A model generated the notes under the pieces. It had not been told where the DNA came from. It worked only from the letters and a program-made list of their open reading frames with translations, and ran no database searches. Of a stretch of 64,000 nt of DNA, positions 1-13,289 are shown piece by piece. The number at the start of each line of letters is the position of its first letter. The first letter of the stretch is position 1. A program made the position numbers and the translations under genes. Source of the DNA: Octopus bimaculoides (Eukaryota); the NCBI RefSeq assembly GCF_001194135.2, contig NC_068988.1, positions 16,884,982 to 16,948,981 of the forward strand, written 5' to 3'.

Positions 1-330
1 ACTGCAGCAGCCTCGGTTTCAGAGGACCTCAGCTCTTCAATGCCCTGCCAAAACATTTGAGAGACATGCAAGACATGGATGCGGAGGTCTTCAAGACAAA
101 ACTTGACGCTTTCCTCTCCACGATACTAGACGAACCAATGGCTCGTAATGAGACGCAGTTTAGGGCAGCTGTGTCAAATTCTCTTATACACCAGATGTGC
201 CATCAAAACTCTTGATTGGACCATGTCAGGTGGGGGAGAAGAGCCATGCAAAGAACGTGAAAATCACGGTGGTGCATCAGCATGACCGCAGCCACTTGGC
301 TGAAACACATAAATAAATAAATAAATAAAT
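1..330 (+). mobile_element. 3' end of a CR1/L2-clade LINE (ORF2 C-terminus, 3' UTR, (TAAA)n tail)
   Basis: 3..215 reads CSSLGFRGPQLFNALPKHLRDMQDMDAEVFKTKLDAFLSTILDEPMARNETQFRAAVSNSLIHQMCHQNS*, matching the FRGPxLFNxLP..FKxxLDxFLxxIPDEP..RAAxSNSL C-terminus of CR1/L2 ORF2; short UTR and TAAA repeats (~309-330) follow. Confidence 0.85.
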
Positions 331-1094
331 ATATATATACACACACATGAATGTGTATGTGTATGTATATAAATATACATATATGTATGTATGTATATGT
401 ATGTGTGCATATGTATATATAAATTTATGCACGTATCCATTTATATATACTCATAAGTACATATGCTTTAGATGCAACATTTCTTCTGTGTATACATATG
501 ATAAACATATATGACAAGCAAAAGCTACAGAGCTATGCGTCTGTGTACAATGGAGCATAGAAATGTCGTTTTAAACTGAAATGTTTTTAACATTTTTGAA
601 TAATCGATAAATTCTGAAGGTATAGTATACAAGGAAGTACACCATCTCAGCTACAGTTTAATATTGTAGTATTGACAAATATGGATATTGCTATAGAAGT
701 AGTAGTAGTAAAAGCAACAGTAAAACTTTTATTACAAGCTACTTAGTACTGATCGTGTATTTAGAAAAACGAGCATGTTGCTATATGGCTGTTCATATAT
801 TCATATTACTATATGTATGTGTATGTATGTAAGTATATATCTGTATGTGTATGTACATTTATGCAAGAATGTATATATATGAGTTTATAATTGTAAATTT
901 GCAGTGCAGAATTTTGTATACATGCAGACATTCATGTGCGTGTGTGTGCGTGCGCGAGCCTGCTTAATTCTATATACGTTTACGTGAGAGTACAATCTTA
1001 TATATGTGTGTATGTATGTATTTGTGTGCGTGTGTGTGCGTATGTGCATGCGTGCATGATTGCAAACATGTGTTTATTATTGTGTACGTGTGTC

Positions 1095-1205
1095 TATAAG
1101 GCTGTGCATTAGCAGATCTGACAAAACGCTCCGCAGCATCTCCTCTGGCAATTTACATTATGAGTTCAAATCGCTCCGAGACAAACTTTGCCTTTCATCT
1201 CTACC
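1095..1205 (+). mobile_element. Degraded Deu/Nin-domain-like SINE fragment
   Basis: gagttcaaatcgctccgagacaaactttgcctttcatc matches the GAGTTCAAATTCCGCCGAGGTCGACTTTGCCTTTCATCC core seen in many copies in this window. Confidence 0.6.
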
Positions 1206-1819
1206 GAATATGTATATATAAATATAATACGCACACACACACACACACACACACAGGCACTTGTATTTGTGTCTGTCGTAGGTATATAAGCAGGAGAAAT
1301 TTTACTAATTTCCCCGTAGATTGACGAAAATATGAAAAACATTCAGCAGTTTTTGAACCTTATTTTTTTCCCATTAGTGTGTATCGACATCTATATAAAG
1401 TTGAGACCTTCAAAAAATGCGGGTTAAAATTTCCTTGGTAATGGAAATTGTTAGTGTGACGCCACATGTGGATCAATGAGTGGAGCGGTATGGGTATCGA
1501 GTGGCCCAGAGGATATGACAAAATATATGCTAACTCTGAGCAGCAGCTCTTCAGGTTGCATTGTTGGGAATGGAAAATATTTTGTGCAGAGGTATGAAAA
1601 TTCCCCAGGACAAAAAACAAAAGTGATCGCATTAATTTTGGGTAGGAAGCAAGCTTAATTGTCGATGCTGTTACGATCAGACAAATTATAATGTAAGAAA
1701 AAAGGCTAAACTTCTGATCGCAACAACAAAGTATTCAAACAGGGAAGTAAATGTTCATATATGGAGATTGTCTCCAGTCTCAATTCTTTCAAGGTAGGTG
1801 GTGAACGGTCCGACCCGTA

Positions 1820-1980
1820 TGCACGTCCGTCTCTCGTTTTTCGTACTATCCGCGCCAAAAGAAAAACTCTCACTATCTTCCCCACTCCCCTTTTTAACAG
1901 GAAGTACGAGATTATCTGCCTCGCTCGTTAACAGGAAGTGAACGAAGTTACCTGTCTCGTACTATGCTAACTTCCTGTAT
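1820..1980. promoter_or_regulatory. CpG-enriched patch with ETS-like and E2F-like motifs (candidate promoter/enhancer)
   Basis: ACAGGAAGT at 1898 and 1931, inverted ACTTCCTGT at 1970, CGCGCCAAAA at 1851; CpG density above the flanks. No transcript evidence. Confidence 0.3.
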
Positions 1981-2895
1981 ATATATATTTGGTAATTCAT
2001 ACCAACGTTATTTCATTTCTGACAAACGGTCGTTGACAAACGTTTATCTCGCCACCTTCGGAAAATATAGGGTAATTTTTCACCCTCCATTATATTATAG
2101 GTATACATAACACTGCGTAGAAGACCTTTTTGCTGTTCCGATAGTTGACATGCCTGAGTTACAGTGTTGGTTATATTTGTTGTCTGTAGCGTTACGTTAT
2201 GTTATGTGGGAGTACCAAAGTTTTGGTGCTGCGACTTTTGTGCAGATGTTGCAGAGGCTTAAGATGACAATTCCAGTCACTTAACTACCTGTTTCAGATG
2301 AGCCAAGGTGGAATAAATATACATATTCTTGTATTCTCATTATACTGGCGACATTATGACATGTCACTTGACTTGCAGCCCCGTAGGCTATAAGGGTTGG
2401 AAATGGGTATTTGCAGAATGTTTTGTGTGTCGTAGTGAACATGCTGTGGTTGGATGACATGATATTTGTATAGATGATAATTTTAGGATAACATAATCAG
2501 ATGACTGTACAGTAAATATAGAAACATATAGTTGATAATTTCAAGAAATTCAGTTTCTGCACTATAGCTTCCATATGGAATGAACATGCTGATTAGTCGA
2601 AGTTTTGAACGAAATAACTTTAGTGATTGGTGGATTAATTGATATAGATCGGTGCCATGAATGTAGGGAATAGACTCGAAGAAATTTTAGCAATTGGAAG
2701 AATTCAAAAACAGTAGAGAAACCCAATGCCTTTGAAAGAGTTGTAGAAATATACTTTGAGATTTAGAAACCGGTAGTTTATTTACTGGAATGAAGCTGAG
2801 AACGGTATGTGACAGGGAAAATAGAATCTACATACGTGCAGACATCACCTTTCGTAGTGATACATTGGACAAGTTGCAGTGACTTATACTTCGGC

Positions 2896-2938
2896 TTAGG
2901 ACGGTACATAGATGTTGCCGCTTAGATAAGATGATATT
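2896..2938 (-). CDS. Candidate terminal exon of an unidentified minus-strand gene
   Basis: Strong acceptor ctttatttttttttgcag; phase-2 read (E)ISSYLSGNIYVPS*; AATAAA on minus at 2777-2782. No homology recognised. Confidence 0.2.
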
Positions 2939-4684
2939 CTGCAAAAAAAAATAAAGAAGATAATAGCCATGTGGTCTTAGTTTTATTTTATTGTTGTAAA
3001 AACAGAATTGTAGACAGTATCGGGTCGCCCTCATGTAGCCGTGATCGAATACCTGGAGTCCTGTTTGAATATTAAAGGAATCTATTGTTGTATATGTAAA
3101 TTAAAACAAACACTGTAATATCACTCTTCTCACAAAGATAGCAGGCTGTACATCATTTAGAAATAGTGACCCACAGGTTGGAACAGTATAGATTCCTAAA
3201 CACGCACAGTCGGCTGTACACTAGCTTTAAAGATCACATACATTTGCTAACACGTGTGGTAAGGAAAAGCTTCAAACTGCAGACATTATTAGATAAAAAA
3301 AAAGTATATTGTCAAGTGTGTTAAGAATTTGCTGTAGATACTTTTTTATTGATTTCTTTCACAACTTGTATTGGAGACAATTAAAGTAGTACTAATTGAT
3401 AGTATACGACAAATGCTTTGATACTTCAAACAGGAAAATGAAGATAGTACAAGTGGAGAAAATTGTAATAAGAACTAATATATTGGACGTCTATAAAGAA
3501 ATATGTAGGAAGATTGAGATGCTGTTAAAATATCAGTTAACTATGTATTTCTAGTGTTCAATTTTCCATTATTTTACTGCATAACCCCGAACTTCGCTGT
3601 TCACCATACACAAATTGGTATTATTTCTGATGATCAAGAGAATTATTGTACATCTTGAGTAACAGGTTCAGTTACGATCTTTTCGGAATTAAAACCGATT
3701 GTAAAAAAAAAAAGAAGAAAGAAAATATAGTTTTCGCATTCAAGAAGTGATATTGATCTAGTTTACGTGATCTTTTGCAAAACTTGTGTTGGAAACGATT
3801 GAATGTATTGAACCACTTTGAACGAGATGAAACAAGGAAAGAATCGGGAAATATATAAATCATAGACACCTGCAATTGATTAAAGAATGTATGTATACGT
3901 AGATATTCGGTTCACATTTGTTGCAGACATAGAACTGATCCTGTGGTTCCATGTATAGTCTAGCGTATGCAATAAGGAATTACCATTCTTAAAATAGGAC
4001 AATAAAGTAAATGAAAGTACTTGAACGAGTCTATTATATTTGCTCCTTGATATTTGCAAAATACAGTCTATCGAGTGTTCAGTTACTATATGAATTTAGC
4101 ATATATCATGTTATTTTCATCTTGGATGGTAGCAATAAAGTGACACCATATAATGAAAGGTATTAAGCAAAGAATATCTGTGCAACGAAAGAAATATTAA
4201 TTCAACGTCAAAACGAATTCTATCAAAAAAAAAAAAAATATTAACCGAACTTTTTAATCTAAAGGAAAGCAAGGCACTGTTTTCGAAAAATGCTCTTTTG
4301 AAAGATGAATAAAATGTTAATAGAAGTGGAAAGATATGTGTTATGAAAGAAAGAATACTTGAATGAGGAAGAAAATTCAATTGAAATGTGAAAATAGTTA
4401 AGGTCTGATTAAGGAAGTTAACTCAAAATGAAGGGGTTATTTGTATGTTTTTGTTTTATTGAATTGAAGGAAATGGTGCATATAAATAAGGAAAAATACG
4501 ATATTTATTAGTTACGTGACTGGAACATAATGATTAGTCTCAGGTCTTAAGTGAATAGGTTACGAGGACTTTTTCGGAATAATGAAAACAATAAAATAAA
4601 AAGCGATTCACTAAAGAAAGAAGCAAATACTTAGAAGAAAAAAAAAATAGTATAGCACGATGACGATAATTCGAATTCTCCCTC

Positions 4685-5045
4685 GCACGAAACAGATTTG
4701 AGGGGAGGCAGGCAAGTCAATTACGTCGACAACAATAATTGATAACACAAATTCTTCTGCTATCGCGGGTGTTACGTTCTAAAATACCCCCGCGATAGGT
4801 GAAAATCCGCGAATTAGAAACTTTACAGTACTATATATTTTTGTAAAATTATTTTTATAATTTGTATATATTTATTCTATTACAAATGCAAAACAACACC
4901 ACAGAGGAATCGACGTAAGCTTAAGTAATAAACCGCGATAAGTGAACCGCGATATGGGGAGGGATTACTGTACGTTTTCTATTTTATCGACTTCTAAAGG
5001 ATGAAAGACAAAGTTGACGCTGGTGCGATTTAAAAGGAGCGTACA
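4685..5045 (-). mobile_element. Deu/Nin-like SINE split by a Tigger-type MITE
   Basis: Tail part (agtcaattacgtcgac) at ~4715-4732 and core (ttatcgacttctaaaggatgaaagacaaagttgac) at ~4984-5018 lie on either side of the MITE. Confidence 0.6.
4755..4970. mobile_element. Tigger/pogo-type MITE (left TIR truncated)
   Basis: Right end aaccgcgataagtgaaccgcgatatggggagggattactg+TA is a CAGTAATCCCTC-type TIR; left gctatcgcgggtgttacgttctaaaataccccgcgataggtgaaaatccgcg is the usual subterminal sequence. Confidence 0.8.
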
Positions 5046-5669
5046 GATTTTGGCAAAATGAATTTGGTAGGATTATCATGATGATAATAAAATATTCAAT
5101 GTTTGATATTTTGGGTTTGTATAATGAATGCTTCTAAATTGCATCACCAGCTTTATTCACAAGCGTTCTCAAATTTTGATAGAGCATTATGTTTTTTTAA
5201 GTCGGGCTGACTATTATTTATATTGTTATTTTTAGTAACGTATATGTAACAATTGCTTCAGCACTGGTGACTGACGGCTTCAAAATATAATGAAAACCCA
5301 CACATTGTCGAGCTGGGAAAAAATAAACCAGCTACTCACAATATTTTTATTATTTCATTTTCAAAGATTATTTGGACTATTTATTTTAAAGTTTATATTG
5401 GTGTCTAATGCTAATTGGTTTTTGTAAGGCTCATTCATCTGAATTTTGAGTTTGGGGCAAAATTATCTTATCGACCTAATTTGCCTTAAACGCTTCGAAT
5501 TTAGATAAGTGTTCTTATTTTTTATCGCGTCGTATAAAATGCAAGCCCTATTTTACTTCATTATTACTAATGAATTTTCACTCGACATATCAGAATGAAG
5601 AGATCAGTGAAATGAAACATTTCAGGTAATTAATGTGTACACACGCACACGCACACAAACACACACACA

Positions 5670-6297
5670 TATGGTGGTTGTCTACTCCTTATGCAGTGTT
5701 TGACCACCTTACACTACCTACACTTTAGAACCATCATGGCATCCGATATGGCTTTTTAAACCAGATAATGTTCTGAAAAGACACCCACATAGATTGCACA
5801 TCCAATTTGGACCACCAAGAGCTGCAGATTAGTTCTGATCTTTGTGGATCACGTTGTCTTTTGAGTCCTCCGTTAGATTTGCAAACCTTCTGGCATACAC
5901 AGCATTCAAAGGTGTGCAGAGACATACAGGCAGAATAGTCGGTGGAGGTTCGTTTCCCATGGGGTCGCAAATGAGATTGAATCCCAGCAAAAGAAATGCA
6001 TGGTCTGTCAAAAACTGTGCACACAAAAAGATCATTGTCATTCACCTGCTCAATCGTAGCACTCTTCCTTAGATCTCTTTTGAGTCTTACATGCGTTATC
6101 CAGGCTTCTTCAAACGCTTTCACTCCACTCCACACTTTTGTTCGCCATGCACCTCGATCCGAAGCAAGGGTTTCTATGTCTTCTGGATCCATTCCAAGTG
6201 ACTTCAGAATAGTCCTTATGCCGTCCTCTAACCTTTGTTTAGGTTTACGCCGATAGCGTTTCCCCTCTGCTAGCTCACCATAAAACAGCTTATTCCT
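5670..6297 (-). mobile_element. 3' fragment of an RTE-clade LINE with two C-terminal C2H2-like zinc fingers
   Basis: KLFYGELAEGKRYRRKPKQRLEDGIRTILKSLGMDPEDIETLASDRGAWR is a typical RTE C-terminus; FVCTVFDRPCISFAGIQSHLRPH and FECCVCQKVCKSNGGLKR follow. Confidence 0.88.
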
Positions 6298-7819
6298 CTA
6301 TATTAGATATATCTGCAACCTGCTCCTTGTGTGAGTTAATGTAATTCAAATAGATTTTTGTTTAGCTGCACTGTTTACATATACTATATTTAAGTTTTAT
6401 AATGACCCATGGATCATTGTTTCTTAGTTAAAATCCCACCGTGAGATTATAATATACTGTGGAGAAGTAAATTGTCATTCAACACTAGTCATCTACTCTA
6501 ACTAAAATCCATTTATAAATTCTCAATCAGAACGAAGCATGACACTGAGAAAAATATAAAATTGGCTAGTAATTTGTAAATATCTAAAAGAATGTTATTT
6601 ATGTAACTGAAAATGAAATGTAATTTCACAACAAGTAGCACATTAAGTCTTATTACTGTAGGAATGTAAATGCTACCATTTTCGACTTCCATTATATTCC
6701 TTGATATATAACACATTATAAATAACAGTATTATATCACCATTTTGTAGAAAGTTAAAATACTTCAAAACATGCCGGTGAATATGAAAAGAGAAAAATAT
6801 CGCAAATAGTTTGAAGTAGTTTACGGATTATTTAGAACTTCACAACAATAAAATCAATCACTGATTTTTCACGATGAATTAATTACATGAAGTTTATCGA
6901 TATAGAATTTCTGGCATATTATCATGTTAATTCAAAAGCTAAATACATTTTCATCGCCGAAAATATATTCTTTTGTGTGCATAATGTCATGTAAATCACT
7001 TGGATATTTCAATTTCTTTTCTCAAATTTCTATTATCCTTACGATTATTAGACCATTTACAAAACAACAAATACATTTCCCACACATACAAGCGAAGATA
7101 GTATGCCGGCATATATAACAAGTATGCTTAAAAAGTAACGCAACGTTACCGATAAAATAATTCATACCATATGATGAATATCACATCTGCCTAAGCGTTA
7201 TATAGTCATCACAATGCCTATCAAATTAATTTAAGTTACTTCTGCCTCTAACATTAAGTCAAAGTACCATATTTGTTACAATGAGTGACATGTGAGTCAT
7301 ACTGCATCGCTAAAAAGAAGAACTATTTAGCGAATATTATAAGTGGGGGAAGATTTTTTTGGATTAATATTAACTAATAGTAAAGAGAGGATCATGGTAG
7401 TATATGGGGAGAATTCACAAAAAAAAAAACAAAAAAAAAAGACGAAGACAGTTGGTGTAGAAAACAAACAGATGTATTAATATAACGCTTGGGAAGTGAA
7501 AAAAGTATTTAACGCTTCGAGCCTATGCTCTTCCACAGAAAGGAACACAGAAAGAAACAAGGAGAGAAACACGGAGAGAAAAAAATAATGTGTAGTGGCT
7601 GCACATACAATTTCGTTGGTAATTCCTTATGGAGTGGGGAGAAGATTGCAAGATCTATCCTGCGGGTAGTGATGGCTTAGAAAGTTAGGATTAGGTCATC
7701 TATTCTTTTGTTGATAGGGGTGATGGTTCCGATTTTTAGACAGGTGTGAATCTGTGTTTGAGTGTTGTTTTGATTTTCTTATTTTCAGGAAAGGGTTGTT
7801 GGAAGCGTATATGTACATG

Positions 7820-9065
7820 CACGGACGTAACAGAAGTAAATAGCCACTCCATAAAACACCGTTTTATATTTATTCTAACTGGTAAAGATTTATATTTTTT
7901 ATTAATTGACACGTTTTAGATTCTATAAGTGACTGTTTAATCATGCCATATACAAAAAGAAGCCTTGAAACTGTCTGAATTTTAAAGTGGTCGTATTGTG
8001 AGTCATTCTAAAGGTAGACATAGCGCAAAATCGCAGAAAACCTTGGGATCCCGCTTTCTACAGTTAATAGAGTGATTGTGTAATTCACCAGAGAGGGGAA
8101 GCATTCCACATCACCTCACCCAGTTCAATGAGCGCACTCTAGCGGGGTCCTTCTCGTTACTTATAGAAGTGTGGAGGATAATCCTCCTTGCAAGGCTTCT
8201 GACATAGCATAACAAGTTGATGTCAGTCCCAGACAGCTGTCAGGAATCTCCGCAAACTTCGTTACTATAGCAGAGCAGCAAGAAAGAAGGCACGTCTTCG
8301 ACCAGCCAACATCAAGCGGAGAAAAGATTGGGCCAGTGAGATGGTGGAGAGACCGCTAGGATTTTGGGACACTATTGTATTCACTAATGAGCCCAGATTT
8401 GCAGTATTGCTTGACAGTGAACAAGTGTGGGTCAATAGACAATGTGATCAAGAATTTGATGCGGAAAACTTGCAGCCAACAAGGAAACACGGCACCTATT
8501 CTGTGATGGTCTGGGCAGCAGTTTGGAGCAGTTGATCAGAGCTGGTGGAGTGTGAGGGAAACAAACACAGATAAATATGTGTTCATATTGCGGAAAGGAC
8601 ACCTTCCAATCTTCTCTAGTATGGAAATGATTAAAGAAGACTATTTATGGAAGATGGGGGCTCCTTGCCACACGGCTAAAATGAGCCAAGTTTTGTTGGA
8701 TGTAAATGGCATTAAAAAGCTTCCATATCCTAGTCAGTCACCAGATATGAACCCTATTGAACACCTCTGGGACAAAATGGACAGAACACTTAACAAAAAA
8801 ATTAAAAGAACAAGAAATTATCTTCAAATCTTGATCTTTTGAGATTACTCCATGAAACTTGGCAAGAAATTCTGCAAGAGCATATTTATCATATGAGCAG
8901 TAACATGTCTAATAGGATCCTTGCATTGAAAAATACAAAAGGCATGTCTACTAAATATTAAATATACACGTTATAGCAATTAATAAATACTTTGAATGTA
9001 TAATTTCAGACTCAAAGAAATTTTAATGATTATAAGGGTGCCTATTTATTTCTGTCATTTCTGTG
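7820..9065 (+). mobile_element. Full-length decayed Tc1-family DNA transposon (~1.25 kb)
   Basis: Imperfect ~30-bp TIRs (cacggacgtaacagaagtaaatagccactc at 7820; gggtgcctatttatttctgtcatttctgtg+TA at 9036-9067) enclose a transposase pseudogene. Confidence 0.88.
7943..8961 (+). pseudogene. Tc1 DD34E transposase pseudogene (stops and frameshifts)
   Basis: HTH (KIAENLGIPLSTVNRVI), FW..IVFTNE.RF, LQPTRKHG..SVMVWA, EDG/APCH, SQSPDMNPIEHLWD, KGMSTKY*; 34 residues between the second D and E. Confidence 0.9.
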
Positions 9066-9116
9066 TACATATATATGTATATGTATATATACATACATAT
9101 ATGAGTATATATATGA

Positions 9117-9151
<35 letters not shown>

Positions 9152-9427
9152 TATATATAACTACACGCATATGTGTATGTGTGCGTGCCTCTGTGTGTGT
9201 GTGTTTGTGTATATCTATACACATCTGTTTGTATGTATATATATATATATATATGTATTTTCGTATGTGTGTATATATACACTATACGGAAGGAGATGGA
9301 TCTTATTTACACGTGCAGTAAGAGTTCATTGGCCATGAACGAACATTGGATTACATCAACAGTACTAAATTGTAATGCTGGACCACGAATTACGTTGCTG
9401 GTATTCTTCACTATATAATGGCCTTAC

Positions 9428-9460
9428 TCTTTTGCTATGTCAGAAGTTTTGGGGCATTTC
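9428..9460 (-). CDS. Candidate 33-nt exon (KCPKTSDIAK)
   Basis: Acceptor ctgtttatcttctgtag, donor GA|gtaagg; only the phase 2-2 frame is open. Confidence 0.2.
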
Positions 9461-10414
9461 CTACAGAAGATAAACAGTGATAATAATTTCCTTTTAAGTT
9501 CTATTATAGAATATATATATCATTGCAAAGTGATTCTTAGATATGTCTAACCCATAAATAGACGGTCAAAATATAAAAGAAATGTCATTATCTTATCAAT
9601 AACACTGGCTAGACGGAAGTCCGTTTAACAGTTTGCATTATCTGAGAATAAATATATCTTTTAGTTTTATGATGAAGTAACGCAGAGTAGTGCAAAGTGA
9701 GTTTGATGAATGATACAACTTCTTGTCTGAAAATAGCACTTCTTCTTTGCTTACTTGATAATGAATCGATTTATGTAGAATACAAACTATAACTTTGAAA
9801 ACATAATTTCAATATTTATATTTAATCTAGACCGGTTCTAAAATCAATAATAAAGTGTAATCTTACAATTATATTCATTCAATAAAAATATTCTGAGAAT
9901 TTCTGTAAATTCATTCTATTTCGCTTTTCTAAAAGGCGACTAAAACCAGAAACATTTTTGTTAGAAGCGTTTAGAGAAAATTACCTGTAGTGCATGTCAT
10001 TGAGGATGGATATATTACTGGGTTTAAATTTACCACTCAATAATAATGAAAATGAAATCATTTAGGCTACTTCATATACACAAACATTTTTCGAGGAAAA
10101 AAATATGCTGGCTCATCTAATCTTCGTTCATGTGTGGCTGGAATAAAATTGTTTTCCCCTGATGTATATAAACATGTTTTATGCTTTAATGTACAAATAA
10201 AGTTTTCATTTCACAACATAATAATTCCACATTAATTTCAACTAAAGAGCAAAGTGGATGGTCTTGTATTGTTTTGGTCACACCACGAGAATTTAGTTTG
10301 CCAGATTGTATATCTGCAGGAGCACGTTCTGTTTGTGTGTTTGTTTGAGTAATCTGCGCGTTTGAGGGTATCATCTGCTTTCTGATATAAACACAAACAT
10401 TTTTGTGAGAGGTT

Positions 10415-10595
10415 AGATGGTAGCATCGATAGCAGTACGTAACCGCTACTTTATTCCATCAGCTCCGAAAGGATGGAAGGCAAAATTGACTTCAGTAACA
10501 TTTGAACTTATAAATAACCTGAACAAATAAGGCAAAATATTTTCCCGATGCACTAACGATTCTTCCAGTTCGCTGCCACGTGGATGTGAGCGCGC
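10415..10595 (-). mobile_element. Deu/Nin-like SINE
   Basis: Reverse copy of head (ctaacgattcttccagttcgctgcc) and core (ccgaaaggatggaaggcaaaattgacttcag). Confidence 0.75.
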
Positions 10596-13289
10596 GCGCA
10601 TTCGAAGTGAAGGGCCGTCAAACATTTGGATGCAACAACTTATGCTATTTGTTTTGATTTTCAACGCATTGAGTTCAAATGCGCAGTGGTAAATGTACCT
10701 TTCATTTTCTGTACGTATCTATAGGTATGGTTGTGTGTGAGCATCTATATCTGCGTTCATGTGTTTGGCACATTTCTTGCTTCAACGAAACAATGTTGTG
10801 CTAAATATTATAAACACATTCAAAATTATAAATTGCTAAAATATACGGAATATTCTAATACGTAATGGGTGTAGTATAATGGACAAAACGCTTCTGAAAG
10901 TGATACCCAGAATGGTCGCAAAGAAATAATTAAACACAGATAATCAAAAAGGATTTAATATTTTTCAAAGCTTTTGCGAGCTCTTTCTCTAGTTATATCA
11001 TACGTAATTGAAACATTATTATTACGTCACGATTTCATCATCATTTTCTTTGCTGACTGAAGTAGTTCAAGCACGATTTTTTTTTTACCGGCTGTTTTAT
11101 CTGAATACTAGGAACTATGTCTATCTCAATGGATGCTTACCAACAACACTTTAACACCCAATTTGAAGCCAGAACGAGTGGCTGACTATTAAAAAAAAAC
11201 GCATGACAGGATGAATAGAAACTTTACACTGTAAACTCTAAAATTCTACCTAATTTAATTCATTGGTTATCAGTAAGGCATATTTTTGTACCCTTTCCTT
11301 TATCTGTCACCTTGGATTTTTATGGATGATCCCTTAAATGCGAGTCGAAACAATATAGTTAAGCATAGATATATCTTGTGATATTGCCGGCACTTAATGT
11401 TTTACGAATATCGTCTAGATAAATATGCTCCCTAACAGTGTTTGCTATAATTCAACTATATAATAATCAACAATAATATGGGTTTCACGATTTTTCTGTT
11501 AAAATTTAGTGATGAATTTAATTGCTCTGAACGATAATTGTACAATCAATTGACTGTCATTTATCTGAGGTGAACTATATCTCATATATTATTAACGCGT
11601 GACAAATTCATATCCCCTGCTGCATGGATTTTGTGATTCGAAAAAGGGTTAAATTTTTCATCACCTTTAAGATTCTTGCTACCAGAAAATGTGAGATAAT
11701 TCGAAATTATGTGGCTTATTGCTACTTTCGGATAAATGTCACACTGCCAATTCCTGACATTTTAAATATGACGATACACACGATTGTGAGTTTCATTTTA
11801 GAAATTCAAGAAATAAAACGATAAAAAATACCGTTATGCAAATAGATAATACATTCTCTACATTTTCTTCTCCATTTTCCATGCGGAAATGTCAATACTG
11901 CACCTAATATAGGGATTTCTTTACGCTGAATATTTAGATATTGCAGTTAAAGCGAGAACAATTTGCTGAATGAACTGACAATTGATGCTTATTTCTATGA
12001 ATATGCTACTAATACCCGTAATGTCAGTCCACCAGTTAACAACGATATTACAAACGAGATTAGTACTGTAAATACAAGTTAAATTTTGAATATGCATAAC
12101 GTACGAAGCTGGAATTAGAACACAGAGATGCAGCAACTCCCTTCGCGTCTACACGTCTCTCGTAGCATACTGAATTGCATCGAAATTACGACATTTTGAA
12201 AGCTGACGCTGTGATCTAAAATATTCAGCTGTACACTTCACACTGTGAGCAAGGATATAGGAATTTACATCTAATTAATGTCCTAATATATCATGGCAAA
12301 CTGTATTTTAACATCAGTGCCTGCAAGCAAAGACTAATCGTGGTAAATGCATCGATTTATATATGGAGAACAATGTAAATTTGAAATTTGCTCTATAAGT
12401 TAAATTCAGGAGACTAAATCTATGAAATTACCTTCTAAAAATAATTCACTTACTCGAAACAATTTTTATTTAACTACTTCCCTTCCTCTCACATCTTTTG
12501 GGGTGGTCAATTCCCTAAACTCAGATCGACCATCTTAACGGATATGATTTAAAACTATATCTATTATATATATATATATAATGTTAATTACCATACAAAG
12601 CTAGGTTTATCTAGTATCAGTCTTCCACGTATTCTATATATATAAATTTATATATACATTTTGTATATATGCGTAGGATTGATGCATTGGTGTAACGATG
12701 ATTTTCTTATCCGCATAGGATTGCAAATGTACAATTGTATTGTAGAATACCTTTCATGCATATTGTTTCAGATATGTAAAATAGTTTATTGTACACTAAA
12801 ATAATCATTACATGACGAAGGCTTCTAAATAGCCTTAAGACAACAAATAGTTAAATAACCCCTGACATTTTATGGTTCATATGTATGAGTCTGTATGTGT
12901 GTGTGTGTTTGTGTGTGTATGTGTGTGTGCATATATGTATGCATCTATATGAATATATATTTATATATACGTACATATTGATGTGTATGTATATACATGT
13001 ATACATAGACGTGCATATATATTTGTATAAATTGACGGTTACTGCTGTCAGAAGGCTGTTTACCTTAATGGTACTTAACCGGTATCTGACGTGTACAAGT
13101 TCGACAACTTTTTCCCGTCTTATAAGGGTAAAATTTCTAATGCTCCTGCTGTTTCCACAGCTGTACTGTGTTAGAAACTAACTTTCTTGCCTGTACAATA
13201 CCAAACAGATTCGTTCATATATGTGTCTCTGTGTGTATGTGTGTGTGTGTATGTGTGTGTGTGTGTGTGTATGTCTGTCTGTCTGTCTG

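Noticed and set aside
1378-1441. Plus-strand acceptor followed by VYRHLYKVETFKKCGLKFPW*
   Set aside because: Protein-like but only 20 codons, no upstream exon in the window, no polyA signal, no recognised homology.
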